Shown: positions 1-10,419, counted from the first letter of the stretch. The stretch is 64,000 bases of DNA from an uncultured Nitrososphaeraceae archaeon (GCA_963729045.1 CAVSMN010000020.1:160001-224000), one strand, 5' to 3'. Numbers and translations: made by a program. Notes: generated by a model from the letters alone, not told the origin.

Positions 1-228
1 AATAACCAGTAATCCAGGAATAGCATGATCATGTGATAATAATTTCTTAAATAACGGACCTGTCAAACTCTGAATTATTTCTATTGGAAAAAAACTTGCA
101 CCGATATGTTGAGTAATACCGCCAGCTTCTCGCGATTGAACGAATGTTCCCCTCATCTTATCTAGTAACGAGGTTTTACCAGAGTCTACATGACCTAGAA
201 CTACTACTACAGGCTGACGTAGATGCAC
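1..228 (-). CDS. infB: Translation initiation factor aIF5B/IF-2, N-terminal part (runs off the window start)
   Basis: Manual translation from GTG at 228: (M)[46 protein letters not shown]. This carries the IF2 G1 motif and the [11 protein letters not shown] signature; it directly follows the ndk stop. Confidence 0.95.
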   Translation of the reverse strand, partial: MHLRQPVVVVLGHVDSGKTSLLDKMRGTFVQSREAGGITQHIGASFFPIEIIQSLTGPLFKKLLSHDHAIPGLLVI

Positions 229-633
229 TTATAAAAATACTACTGATGACTCTTTTATGAAGCTTTCATGCGAATCGGAAGCATGAATAATATTATCAGT
301 TATTCCCAGACCAAAATCGCCTCTTATTGTTCCTGGTGCAGCATCAAAAGATTTTGTAAGTCCAATCATTATCCTAACCGTGCTGACAGCATTATTTCCT
401 TCCAAAATACATGCAACGACGGTACCAGAGCAAACAAATGAAACTAGCTCTTTAAAAAAAGGTTTACTTTGATGAATTGAATAAAAATCTTGAGCTTTTT
501 CATCTGTAAAATCATAGGTCTTTAGTTGTTTGATGTCAAATCCTTTTTCTTCAAAACGTTGAATAATTTTTCCTACCAATTTTCGTTTAAATGCATCAGG
601 TTTAATAAGTATTAGAGTTTGTTCTACCCCCAT
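229..633 (-). CDS. ndk: Nucleoside diphosphate kinase
   Basis: EQTLILIKPDA, PGTIRGDFG and NIIHASDS motifs. Likely start is the ATG at 633 (MGVEQ); the ORF-track extension to 699 overlaps rpl24e. Confidence 0.95.
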   Translation of the reverse strand: MGVEQTLILIKPDAFKRKLVGKIIQRFEEKGFDIKQLKTYDFTDEKAQDFYSIHQSKPFFKELVSFVCSGTVVACILEGNNAVSTVRIMIGLTKSFDAAPGTIRGDFGLGITDNIIHASDSHESFIKESSVVFL

Positions 634-634
634 T

Positions 635-847
635 TCACTTTTGCTTCCTAATTCCACCTTTGATATATTTATCAGTCCATTTAAATAACCGTGGATCACG
701 TTTCAAATCGCGAAGATTCTTTTTACATTTTGATGAACAAGTCCATTGGATCGATCCATCATTTTTGACTAACATTATCCCTTTACCTGTATCAACATGC
801 CTTCCACAAAAAAAACAGTTTCGCAATGACGCAACATTCTTACTCAT
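635..847 (-). CDS. rpl24e: 50S ribosomal protein L24e
   Basis: CFFCG..GKGIMLVKNDG..CSSKC..PRLFKWT; conserved operon context. Confidence 0.95.
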   Translation of the reverse strand: MSKNVASLRNCFFCGRHVDTGKGIMLVKNDGSIQWTCSSKCKKNLRDLKRDPRLFKWTDKYIKGGIRKQK

Positions 848-883
848 TATTTAACCACCTACAATAACTCCATATTTTAAGCA

Positions 884-1096
884 TCACTTTATTTTTCTTG
901 CCTCACGTTCTGTCTCTCTAAGCATTAAAATATCATTCATTCTAACTGGTCCCTTAACGTTTCGAGTCAGAATCCTGCCTTTGTCTTTTCCTTCAGATAT
1001 CCTTACACGAACTTGAATTACTTCTCCAGCGATACCAGTTCTACCTACGATTTGAATTACTTCTGCAGGAATGACCTTTTCCTCAGTCTTGCTCAT
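884..1096 (-). CDS. rps28e: 30S ribosomal protein S28e
   Basis: [37 protein letters not shown]. Confidence 0.97.
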   Translation of the reverse strand: MSKTEEKVIPAEVIQIVGRTGIAGEVIQVRVRISEGKDKGRILTRNVKGPVRMNDILMLRETEREARKIK

Positions 1097-1115
1097 TTAA
1101 TAAAATACACCTGTT

Positions 1116-1496
<381 letters not shown>

Positions 1497-1571
1497 AATT
1501 TACAATCACCCATTGGGATCATTTCCACTCTTTCTTATGATAAAAAAGAGTATTAAAAATGTTATCATGTA

Positions 1572-2999
1572 TCAATCAGAAGCGTTCAGAATTTTATTTA
1601 TTAAATTAAGGTATTCTTTTACTTTTGAATCTAATAAGCTTTTATCATTGGATTCGGCATAGATTCGAATCAGAGGTTCTGTGCCGCTAGGTCTGAACAT
1701 TATCCAAGACTCAGCATCAAACCATATTTTCACTCCATCTATCCTTTCTATCTTGTATACAGATCCATGTGCAGCACATAAATCCAAAACATGTTGCATA
1801 TCATCGTTGCTAGACAAATTCAAGCTGGATTTGTATTGAAATGTATTATCGAACATAGAGAAAATATCTGATAGGGACGATTTTTTATCCAATAGATTGT
1901 CACCGCAATTTGTGTTTTGTCCCAGTTTTTCCTGCTTATAATAACTCATCATTTCTAAAACCAGAGCTGTAGTGATCGCTCCATCACGAACTAAATTCAG
2001 AGGTCCATAAAAAAAACCTCCATTTTCTTCAAATCCGATAAGAGAATTAGTATTTTTCATGCCATAAGAAACTTGAACGCTTCCGACCTTAGTAAAATAA
2101 ACATCTCTCTCAACCAACTCACCAATTTTTGATATAACAAGTGAAGAATTAACAGGACATACAATTGTAGTATCCATTTTCTTATTTTGAATTAAATGAT
2201 AAGATAGAATTGATCCTGTTTTATCTCCCCAATGGATAATTCCCTTTTCATCACAAAAAATGCTTCTGTCGCCATCCCCATCGTATGCAACACCCAAATC
2301 AGAGTTTGTCTTTTTTACCATTTCAGTAAGACCATATAAATTATCCATTTTCGGCTCGGAGCCCCTTGCAGAAAAATTTGGATCAACATAGCCATTCATA
2401 ATCAGCACTTCACATCCTAATTTTCTTCCTATCAAAGGGGCTACTAACGATTGGACCCCGTTACCACAATCCATAATAATCTTAAGATTTGATCGTCTAA
2501 TAATGTCAGCATCTATAAAAGAAAGCACCTTGTTGATATACTGTTCCAAAACATCCAATTTGAATAAGTTCCCAAAGGAACCAGAATACTCTCTCATGAA
2601 CTTTTTTTGATAATATATGGACTCAATTTTTATTTCATCATCTCTAGACAATTCAAACCCATGACTTGAAATTGGTTTTATTCCGTTATACTCTTTAGGA
2701 TTATGTGATGCTGTAATCATAATTCCACCAGAAGATCTTAAATTTTTGACAGTGAATTGTAGACAGGGTGTAGGCGTCATGCCCATCGTATATACATCGA
2801 TACCCATTGACATTAACACAGCCGATATAATTTTTTGAATTGCAAAACTAGAAGAACGACCATCATATCCTAACACGATTGGTCCCTTCTCAAAAAAACA
2901 TCCTATAGAAAAAGTGATATCTATCAAAAACTCAATCGACAGATCTTTTCCAAATATCCCCCTTATGCCGTTAGTTCCAAATAGTTTTTTTTCCGTCAA
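1572..2999 (-). CDS. Phosphohexomutase (phosphoglucosamine mutase / PGM-PMM family)
   Basis: LFGTNGIRG, ITASHNP phosphoserine motif, DGDGDR metal loop, RPSGTEP. Confidence 0.9.
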   Translation of the reverse strand: MTEKKLFGTNGIRGIFGKDLSIEFLIDITFSIGCFFEKGPIVLGYDGRSSSFAIQKIISAVLMSMGIDVYTMGMTPTPCLQFTVKNLRSSGGIMITASHNPKEYNGIKPISSHGFELSRDDEIKIESIYYQKKFMREYSGSFGNLFKLDVLEQYINKVLSFIDADIIRRSNLKIIMDCGNGVQSLVAPLIGRKLGCEVLIMNGYVDPNFSARGSEPKMDNLYGLTEMVKKTNSDLGVAYDGDGDRSIFCDEKGIIHWGDKTGSILSYHLIQNKKMDTTIVCPVNSSLVISKIGELVERDVYFTKVGSVQVSYGMKNTNSLIGFEENGGFFYGPLNLVRDGAITTALVLEMMSYYKQEKLGQNTNCGDNLLDKKSSLSDIFSMFDNTFQYKSSLNLSSNDDMQHVLDLCAAHGSVYKIERIDGVKIWFDAESWIMFRPSGTEPLIRIYAESNDKSLLDSKVKEYLNLINKILNASD

Positions 3000-3159
3000 A
3001 ACATCTCCCCAGTTAAATCAATATTTATACCATCCTAATAATTATTAAACGATAAGGGGATGAATAATCGGTCTTTTAAAAAAAGATCATCGAACAAAGA
3101 ATTCAACTTGATTCGTATTAACAATAGATAAATTTGGCTTTAATGTAGTCCAAGGTAAT

Positions 3160-3282
3160 GCGGGGGTTGCCAAGCCCGGTCAACGGCGCAGGTCAGAAAT
3201 TGTGCGATGCTTAGAATGAGCTTGGAAGTTTCCTACAACCCTGTTCCTTAGGGATTCGTGGGTTCGAATCCCACCTCCCGCA
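3160..3282 (+). tRNA. tRNA-Leu(UAG) with two introns (3193-3208 at 30/31; about 3217-3238 near 37/38-38/39)
   Basis: Acceptor stem GCGGGGG/CTCCCGC plus discriminator A, D-arm GCC..GGC, long variable arm, T-arm GTGGG-TTCGAAT-CCCAC. Removing the two inserts gives CAGGG-CT-TAG-AA-CCCTG. Confidence 0.88.
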
Positions 3283-3447
3283 TTTATGAAATAATTGAAT
3301 TACAAATCCAATGCAAATTCCCTAATTATCGTTTGAAAAGCTTAAATAACATTCTGATTTTATGAAACAGGTTGATAGATCCACACAGTTGGAGAAGAAT
3401 TTTCAAACATCACGACGATGTTTTGCGCTTTAATAGAGGATAGATAT

Positions 3448-3648
3448 ATGAGGCAACAGCAAAAAAGAATACAAAAGCCAAGAATTGTAAAACAAACTAA
3501 AGAATTTGACTATAATAAACCGATTTCAAAATGCAATGTATGTTATACTTTATGCGGTTGGCATTGCTATGAATGCGAAACTGATTTTTGTCAAGATCAT
3601 TTTGTACAACATAAGGAAAAAGGATTGTGTAAAAAAGTTATACAATAG
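3448..3648 (+). CDS. Small zinc-finger protein (B-box/AN1-like Cys/His pattern)
   Basis: CNVC..CYEC..FCQDH..H..C pattern; start uncertain (3418 or 3448). Confidence 0.55.
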   Translation: MRQQQKRIQKPRIVKQTKEFDYNKPISKCNVCYTLCGWHCYECETDFCQDHFVQHKEKGLCKKVIQ

Positions 3649-3682
3649 TTATTTTAATATTATAAGAAAATTACATACAATG

Positions 3683-4309
3683 TTAGAATTCAGATCTGGA
3701 ATAGCGACCTCTTTTTTCAATTTCACCTACCGTTTTAAATACTTTTGACGTTCTACTACCACATATTTTCTTATATCCATCATAGAAATTTTTGAAAGAT
3801 ATATCAAATTCATCGACATGGAAGCTAGTCAATATTTCTTTAAATAACCGAATATCTGCAGCTTTATCTTCGTATCGTTCAGAAAAGAAAGACAAACCAA
3901 AATCGATTGCAAAAATGGCTCCATTTGATGATATAATAAAATTGGATGTGGTAATATCGCCATGAATTATGTTATTACAATGAAGGGTTCCAACGATTTC
4001 CCCAAGATTTATACAAAGATCGGGGGAAAAAAAGTCTTTAAGCGTTTTTCCTTTGATGTATTCCATAATAATTTCAAAATTATTTATGTCAAGAAAATAA
4101 ATGAAAGGAGTATTGACCCCAAAAAACTTTACTTGGGATAAAATATTAGCTTCATGAATTGTTCGCCGTTTCCTCAATGGAATATCGATAGATGAGTTAC
4201 GATATGCTTTGGCAATTCGAATCTTTGAAATGGCCTGAACATCATGCCAATCAATGAGGTACAGTTCTGATTCAGCGCCTTTTTTTAATAATATTCTATC
4301 GTTCGTCAA
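3683..4309 (-). CDS. bud32: KEOPS complex kinase Bud32
   Basis: KKGAES, KIRIAKAYR, IHGDITTSN, IDFGL, C-terminal EKRGRY. Confidence 0.95.
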   Translation of the reverse strand: MTNDRILLKKGAESELYLIDWHDVQAISKIRIAKAYRNSSIDIPLRKRRTIHEANILSQVKFFGVNTPFIYFLDINNFEIIMEYIKGKTLKDFFSPDLCINLGEIVGTLHCNNIIHGDITTSNFIISSNGAIFAIDFGLSFFSERYEDKAADIRLFKEILTSFHVDEFDISFKNFYDGYKKICGSRTSKVFKTVGEIEKRGRYSRSEF

Positions 4310-4346
4310 TAGATAATTTTAGTAATACGTTATTACTTTAAAAATT

Positions 4347-4691
4347 ATGGACAAAACATCAAATTCATCAAATAATGAAAAAAATGTTCTATTTGAAGAC
4401 TGTTCAGAAGATACTTTGAAGAGTGGAATTCTTACTCTAACAAATAGAAAACTTGCCTTTGAAAAAACCAAAGGTCGAATAGCAACATTATCTAAAGAAT
4501 TACTTGGAGAAAAAATAGAATTTGAATTAAAAGACATTGCACAAGCAAGATCTGAAGGAAGAATTATCAAAAAATTGGTGATAGAACTAAATAATAGTAA
4601 TAAAACATACAAGTTTGGAGTTTTGAATCCCGGTAGTTGGGTTAAAGAGATTAAATTACAGATTGAAGATCAAGCTAAAAGTAATTCATGA
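4347..4691 (+). CDS. Hypothetical protein, PH/GRAM-like beta fold
   Basis: GILTLTNRKLAF..FELKDI..KLVI..YKF..WVKEI pattern typical of PH-like domains. Confidence 0.6.
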   Translation: MDKTSNSSNNEKNVLFEDCSEDTLKSGILTLTNRKLAFEKTKGRIATLSKELLGEKIEFELKDIAQARSEGRIIKKLVIELNNSNKTYKFGVLNPGSWVKEIKLQIEDQAKSNS

Positions 4692-4693
4692 AG

Positions 4694-5731
4694 TTATCTC
4701 CATGGAATATGTACGCTATCCAATCTCCAAGACTGATTAACAGATGCATTTTCAGGTTTAACACTACTCGATGGACGACTTAAATACATCTGAGCGCCAG
4801 TCCATGCTATCTGTGCTCCGTTATCTCCACAAAACCTCTGCGGGCAAGAATTAAAATTAGAATTATGTATATCACAGGCGGTTTCAAGCATGTTAGACAA
4901 TCTCTTATTCGCTGAAACACCCCCAACTATTAGAAATTCCTTATTTTCAGTAAAGGCTAATGCACGTTCGACCGCCTCTACAATGATAGAAAATGCTGTT
5001 TCTTGCAATGAAAAACATATGTCATGGATATCATTATCGTTGTCATTTAGCAAAGTTTTAACTGCACTAAGTAATCCCGAAAATGATACATCATTCCCTT
5101 TAATAATATATGGGAGGGAATATACCTTTCGACCCTTTGATAAATAAGATACCTCTTCGATCTTATTCCCACATGGGGATGAAAAGCCCATTTTTCTTCC
5201 CACCTGATCAAAAAGCTGTCCTAAGGTAATATCCAAAGTTTCCCCAAATATTCTCCATTTATTCTTATAGTAAATAAGTAACATAGTGTGTCCACCAGAA
5301 ACCAATAATGTTAATGGATTTTCAGATCCAGTAAGTTTAATTCCTAATTCTATATGTCCCACTGCATGATTTACAGGAATTAGAGGTATATCATGAAAAG
5401 AAGCCAATGATCGAGAAACAACAGCACCTATTCTTAAACAAGGCCCCAATCCTGGACCAGCAGAATAAGAAACAATATCAATATCCTTAATCCCGACTCC
5501 AGCTCCTTCTAGACATTTTTTTAATATTTCGGTAGCTACCATGGCATGATGTTTGGATGCGTCTCTCGGATGAATACCCCATCCTGCTGATGCTTTATAA
5601 ATGTCCCTTACTTCTGACAAAATGAACTCTTTATATGCACTGCCAGCATCACTTTTTTTGTCAATTTCTATTATAGAACACCCGAACGTATGGGCGGTGC
5701 TTTCAATTCCTAAACATAGCATAGCATGCAT
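4694..5731 (-). CDS. kae1: KEOPS t6A threonylcarbamoyltransferase Kae1
   Basis: LGIESTAHT, GPGLGPCL, VNHAVGHIE, GETLDI, GDNGAQIA. Confidence 0.96.
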   Translation of the reverse strand: MHAMLCLGIESTAHTFGCSIIEIDKKSDAGSAYKEFILSEVRDIYKASAGWGIHPRDASKHHAMVATEILKKCLEGAGVGIKDIDIVSYSAGPGLGPCLRIGAVVSRSLASFHDIPLIPVNHAVGHIELGIKLTGSENPLTLLVSGGHTMLLIYYKNKWRIFGETLDITLGQLFDQVGRKMGFSSPCGNKIEEVSYLSKGRKVYSLPYIIKGNDVSFSGLLSAVKTLLNDNDNDIHDICFSLQETAFSIIVEAVERALAFTENKEFLIVGGVSANKRLSNMLETACDIHNSNFNSCPQRFCGDNGAQIAWTGAQMYLSRPSSSVKPENASVNQSWRLDSVHIPWR

Positions 5732-6951
5732 TAATTCCTACTCATTGTGGATACTATCTTAATAATATCGCCATTTTTCAATTTATGCTCAGCACCAATT
5801 CGTTGTTTTGTTCTTGCATCAATAGCATAGAGAAACCCTTTTCCCAAGTCATTATGAATTAAATATGCCAAATCTTTGGCAGTGGAGTCATTGGAAATTA
5901 TTCTTGCATCAGGAAAGACATTCCCCTTTTTGTCTGTAAATTTGTATTCGTCCTCCACTGGATAAACTACGATATTTTGTAATATTTCAAAACATGCATG
6001 ATTTATTACTTGCTGAATCCCTGTCGAGCCGAACTTGCGCAATATACCGGATACAACCTCCAAAGCTTCATTCTGTTTGTTGGAAAGTGTTTCAGATTGT
6101 CTGATTTTGAAACTCGAATCTCCAGGCAAATAATAAATGAGATTTTTATGAGAAGCTCTTCTTAACAATAATTCAGCCTCACATACAGTAGGAAAAAACG
6201 GTCTTTTTAAATTCTTCAATTTTTCGATATTGATATCTGATGACGAGATATCGGCTTTGTTAGCTGCTAAAATAATAGGTTTAGAACGTGTTCGTATTTG
6301 TTTGCTTAATATGAGCAAATCCTCTTCAGTCCATTCGCTTGGCTTTTTGATCAAGTTGATATAATCCAAGGAAGTTCTGATCAATTGTTCGCTAATTGAT
6401 AGACCAGAAAGTCTATTAGACAATACAGTTTCTATCCTTTGTTTTAAATTTTCACTTTCTCTTATTATCTTGTCCCAATCTCTCAGAATTAATGAACGTA
6501 TCCAAAGATCAAATTCATCTTCTATGAACTCCAAATCAAAAAGCGGATTTCCTTCACCCGGATTAACTGGTCTGCCTTCTTCGTCGGTAGATCCCGAGAT
6601 ATCTATTACGTGGATGAGAACGTCAGCCTGACGAGCGTCATCTAAGAATTTATTTCCTAGACCTCTTCCTGAGTGTGCACCGGGAACTAATCCTGCTACG
6701 TCTATTAGTTTTATCGGAATATATCTTATTCCACCAATACACTTAGAAGTGATGGGATTATCCAAAACACCCAACTCTTTACAAACACAATTTACTCTTA
6801 CAAATGCAACACCGATATTCGGGTTAATAGTAGTAAACGGAAAATTAGCAATTGGTATTGATGAATCTGTAGCTGCATTAAAGAATGTTGATTTACCAAC
6901 ATTTGCTTTACCCAACAAGCCAATTATCAATTCTAAAAGATTAGTTAACAA
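5731..6951 (-). CDS. ychF: Obg-family ATPase/GTPase YchF with TGS domain
   Basis: GKANVGKST, NFPFTTI, DVAGLVPGAH.GRGLGNKFL, ANKAD. Confidence 0.92.
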   Translation of the reverse strand: MLTNLLELIIGLLGKANVGKSTFFNAATDSSIPIANFPFTTINPNIGVAFVRVNCVCKELGVLDNPITSKCIGGIRYIPIKLIDVAGLVPGAHSGRGLGNKFLDDARQADVLIHVIDISGSTDEEGRPVNPGEGNPLFDLEFIEDEFDLWIRSLILRDWDKIIRESENLKQRIETVLSNRLSGLSISEQLIRTSLDYINLIKKPSEWTEEDLLILSKQIRTRSKPIILAANKADISSSDINIEKLKNLKRPFFPTVCEAELLLRRASHKNLIYYLPGDSSFKIRQSETLSNKQNEALEVVSGILRKFGSTGIQQVINHACFEILQNIVVYPVEDEYKFTDKKGNVFPDARIISNDSTAKDLAYLIHNDLGKGFLYAIDARTKQRIGAEHKLKNGDIIKIVSTMSRN

Positions 6952-7058
6952 TGGAATATATATTTACGTTAGCATTTTGAGCAAAATGATCAGAGAACAA
7001 AAAATGGAAAAATATCAAAATTTTTATCGTTCTAACGATAAAGCAATTCTGAATTTTA

Positions 7059-8435
7059 ATGGGTGGAATAGTTGCAGTATGCGTACTGGATGAGAACGTC
7101 AATAACGAAAAGACAATTTATCAAGTATTTCGCGGAATGCAATTACTCCAACATCGTGGAAAGGCGGTTTGGAAAATTAGTTCAGGTAAATTTGAGGTCA
7201 GTGGATATGGCTCATTACCTACATTTGATACCATCCATGAAAAAATCGTAAAGCAGCTGAATAATCCAATGCAAACGACGGTTGGACATCTTTCAAAAAA
7301 AAAGCCAAAGTCCAAAAGAATGGAGAGAATAAATTTTGCTCTAGATGGATTTTTTATAGATTTAGATAAATTGACAACACATCCTTTAATAAGAAACAGA
7401 AATTCCGAACCATTAGAGCAAATTCATTACATTTTCAAAGAACTGCTACTGGCACAAAAAGATCCTTATAAAGCAGCTGAATTTTTGGACAGGCATTTAA
7501 GGGGTAATTATGTAATAAATATTAACAAGGAAATCTATGTTTTTAGAAATAGTACAGGATTTAAACCCCTCTTTCTGGGAAAGGATGAAAACGAATTATT
7601 TTTTATGGTTACTTCCGAGAACTACCTAGAGAGTTTTTTCCATTTAAAATTAAAAGAAATAAATCCAGGACAGCTAATTCGTTTGAGTCCCAAGTACGGT
7701 ATGGATATATTGACACAACTGGATAAGAATAGAATCTTAATGGATCCATTCGAATTTATTCGCGAGTCACATGTGTCAAGTATTTTTAATAACAAGAGCA
7801 TTTATTCTATAAGAAAAAATATTGGAAACATTCAGGCACAATATCTATCAAACAAAAACATAGACGCTGACATGATCTTTGCGGAACCAGATTATACGAG
7901 ACCAATGGCTCTAGGCTTAAACATAGGATTCAAAAATAATGGAAAAAAATTTGAAATGGTTGAAGGCATAATAAAAGACAGATATGACGATTCAGATCCA
8001 ATGATAGATTATTCAGAACAGGTAAGTAAGAACAAATTACTATCCAATGGCAAAACACTCAAGTTCATTATTACTCCAGTTACCCACAACAATAACATTT
8101 TATCCGTTCAAGGTACAATACAAACTGGAGGCACCATAATTGAAACAGTCTTCTATTTAAGAAAAGCAAGTGTTAATAGAATTGATATAGTGGTTAGCTA
8201 CGTTCCCACCATTGATGGCCGCCAAGTCGGATTATATACTCAACAAAAGGATCTTATTGGACGAAAATATGTTGGCAAGATATCCTATATAGATGATCTG
8301 AATAAGAAGATAGCATTAGAATTAGGAGCTGATTCAGTATTTTACAACTCTCCGGAGATTTTGGCAAAAGGTATTGGTGTTCATGAAAGTCAGCTATGGT
8401 TTCCAGAATGGATACGATTTTTGGACTATAAATAA
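7059..8435 (+). CDS. Amidophosphoribosyltransferase (PurF)-like protein with degenerate active sites
   Basis: LQHRG, GFKPLFLG, EINPGQ, FEFI and LGADSV motifs are PurF-like. The N-terminal Cys is absent (MGGIV) and the PRPP loop is altered. Confidence 0.75.
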   Translation: MGGIVAVCVLDENVNNEKTIYQVFRGMQLLQHRGKAVWKISSGKFEVSGYGSLPTFDTIHEKIVKQLNNPMQTTVGHLSKKKPKSKRMERINFALDGFFIDLDKLTTHPLIRNRNSEPLEQIHYIFKELLLAQKDPYKAAEFLDRHLRGNYVININKEIYVFRNSTGFKPLFLGKDENELFFMVTSENYLESFFHLKLKEINPGQLIRLSPKYGMDILTQLDKNRILMDPFEFIRESHVSSIFNNKSIYSIRKNIGNIQAQYLSNKNIDADMIFAEPDYTRPMALGLNIGFKNNGKKFEMVEGIIKDRYDDSDPMIDYSEQVSKNKLLSNGKTLKFIITPVTHNNNILSVQGTIQTGGTIIETVFYLRKASVNRIDIVVSYVPTIDGRQVGLYTQQKDLIGRKYVGKISYIDDLNKKIALELGADSVFYNSPEILAKGIGVHESQLWFPEWIRFLDYK

Positions 8436-8503
8436 GTGGACAATAATATACCTCATAAAGAGAACTTTAACATTAAATTAGTTATCATAGTGTTTCAATA
8501 CTG

Positions 8504-8785
8504 TTGAGATTAAATAGAAGGAAAGTTATTCTAGAGAATAAATTTGTGATCGAAGGGAGGATCATAACAAAGCTTGAGCTTAGAGAATACAAATTAAGTG
8601 ACATTGATGAAGACGAAGCATTTTCTATAGCGATTTATTTGAAAACAGATCTGGAAGACATAGAATTAGATTACTTGGGAAAACCAACTTCGGATAGAGA
8701 CAAATTTGAAGAATGTTTCAATTTCCTTTGTAATCATAACGGACTATCATCAGTCTTAAATAGATTATTCATAGAGTCTGGATAG
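8504..8785 (+). CDS. Hypothetical protein
   Basis: ORF fills the intergenic space; start uncertain. Confidence 0.6.
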   Translation: MRLNRRKVILENKFVIEGRIITKLELREYKLSDIDEDEAFSIAIYLKTDLEDIELDYLGKPTSDRDKFEECFNFLCNHNGLSSVLNRLFIESG

Positions 8786-8821
8786 TAGAATAAGATAGAA
8801 TGGAAGGTCAAGGGTTATATC

Positions 8822-9391
8822 CTATACCAAGTCGATTAGTTCATTCAATTTGCTTATTCTTGTATAAGATGCTAAAGATTTATTCCAAGGCTGATCAAAA
8901 ATTATTATCTGTTTGGGAGTAACAATTTCCTTAGCATTGATCGGAGAATCATCGACCAATAGAAAAAAAGGAAAATGGCTCTTTGACACATCATCAAAAA
9001 TGAAAACAATGTCATTGAACGGGATATCGTTTAGATCGAGCCAATGAGCCACAAATGGCATTGTAACTCGCTCCCTTTTTGTAATAATGGAAATTCGAAA
9101 GCCCTTGTCTTGTAATTGATTTATTACATCTGAAAGATCATTACTAGTAGGAGGTATGTCTTGCCATCGTTTTTTCCAGACCATTATGAATAAATCCGTT
9201 ATCTGTTGTTTACTTATTGATAATATATTATGTATGTGCCAATCAGATATATCTCGTTTTTTTATTTTGCTATTAAAAATTGCATTATATTCTTCTAACC
9301 AGATTTGCATTACATCAGCCAAAACAGAATCGAGATCCAACGCGATAGTTATTTCAGAGACCATTGAGGACGAATATTGATCAGGTTGCAT
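8822..9391 (-). CDS. HAD-family 5'(3')-deoxyribonucleotidase-like protein
   Basis: ALDLDSVLAD (motif I), ITKR, LVDDSP, FDQPWN. Confidence 0.8.
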   Translation of the reverse strand: MQPDQYSSSMVSEITIALDLDSVLADVMQIWLEEYNAIFNSKIKKRDISDWHIHNILSISKQQITDLFIMVWKKRWQDIPPTSNDLSDVINQLQDKGFRISIITKRERVTMPFVAHWLDLNDIPFNDIVFIFDDVSKSHFPFFLLVDDSPINAKEIVTPKQIIIFDQPWNKSLASYTRISKLNELIDLV

Positions 9392-9465
9392 ACATAAATA
9401 TCTACTTTATCCGATAATGATGACGACATTATAATCAAGTTTATGTTAATATAATAAAAAAACAT

Positions 9466-10419
9466 TTAATGATCCCTATCATCAACTGTATGATATTTTT
9501 CGATCTGAATCGTAGTATGATAAATTGCAAATTTCTTTTCTAAGAGTGAATTTATTTCTTGGAGTATCTCTTGTGATTTGGTTGAATCAAAAATAACTAT
9601 ATGTGCAGATAATGCAATATTTCCGGACGTTATACTCCATATGTGGAGATCAAACACTCCTGTCACACCTCTTATCTGCAGAATTGAATCCTTTATGTCC
9701 TTATACAACAAACTTGAAGGAGAACTCTCCATCAAAATGGATATCGATCTTTGTAACAAATACCAAACACGAGGTATAATGAACAGAGCAAGACCGAAGC
9801 TAATTATAGAATCTATCAGATAATAATCAGTATAATAAATGAGAACAGCTCCAACGATGATTGCAATAGATCCGAGAAGATCGCTAAATAGTTCTAGCTT
9901 CGCACCTTGAATATGAAGAGCATCGGTCTTTCTTAATTTATCATGTTCTTGCGTTGATGCAGAAAATGTATGATCCGCATGCGCATGGGCATGTGTCCCT
10001 TTTAAAAGCCTTAGCCCAATAAGATTTACAATTAATCCTATTATAGCAACGATCAGCATGAAGGAGCTTTCTATATCTCGAGGTTCAAAAATCCGTTGAT
10101 AAGCTTCAAACATGATAAAAATTGAAATTAATAAAAGAATAACACAATTGGCAAGAGAGGACAGGATTTCAGACCTATAGAATCCGTAGGTATGTAAAGG
10201 AGTTGGAGGTTTTTTACTAAATATGGAAGCCACAAGAACAAGTGAGATTCCGAAGACATCTGCAAACATGTGCAGAGCATCAGCAATCAAAGCCAGACTT
10301 CCAGTGATATATCCGGCCACGATTTCTACCGCTAGATAAATAGTTAGTATAACTATAACTATTTTTAACCTCCTAGTTTCTGTGGATGTTCCGGTTCTCG
10401 TTATGATTTCATTTATCAT
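9466..10419 (-). CDS. Cation diffusion facilitator (CzcD/ZitB-like) metal transporter
   Basis: SLALIADALHMFAD, TYGFYRSE, His-rich loop HAHAHADH, DLHIW, HTTIQIE. Confidence 0.92.
   Translation of the reverse strand: MINEIITRTGTSTETRRLKIVIVILTIYLAVEIVAGYITGSLALIADALHMFADVFGISLVLVASIFSKKPPTPLHTYGFYRSEILSSLANCVILLLISIFIMFEAYQRIFEPRDIESSFMLIVAIIGLIVNLIGLRLLKGTHAHAHADHTFSASTQEHDKLRKTDALHIQGAKLELFSDLLGSIAIIVGAVLIYYTDYYLIDSIISFGLALFIIPRVWYLLQRSISILMESSPSSLLYKDIKDSILQIRGVTGVFDLHIWSITSGNIALSAHIVIFDSTKSQEILQEINSLLEKKFAIYHTTIQIEKYHTVDDRDH

Noticed and set aside
3219..3228. Alternative tRNA-Pro(UGG) reading via GCTTGGAA
   Set aside because: The long variable arm and Leu-type body, plus the perfect BHB for the 16-nt intron, favour UAG
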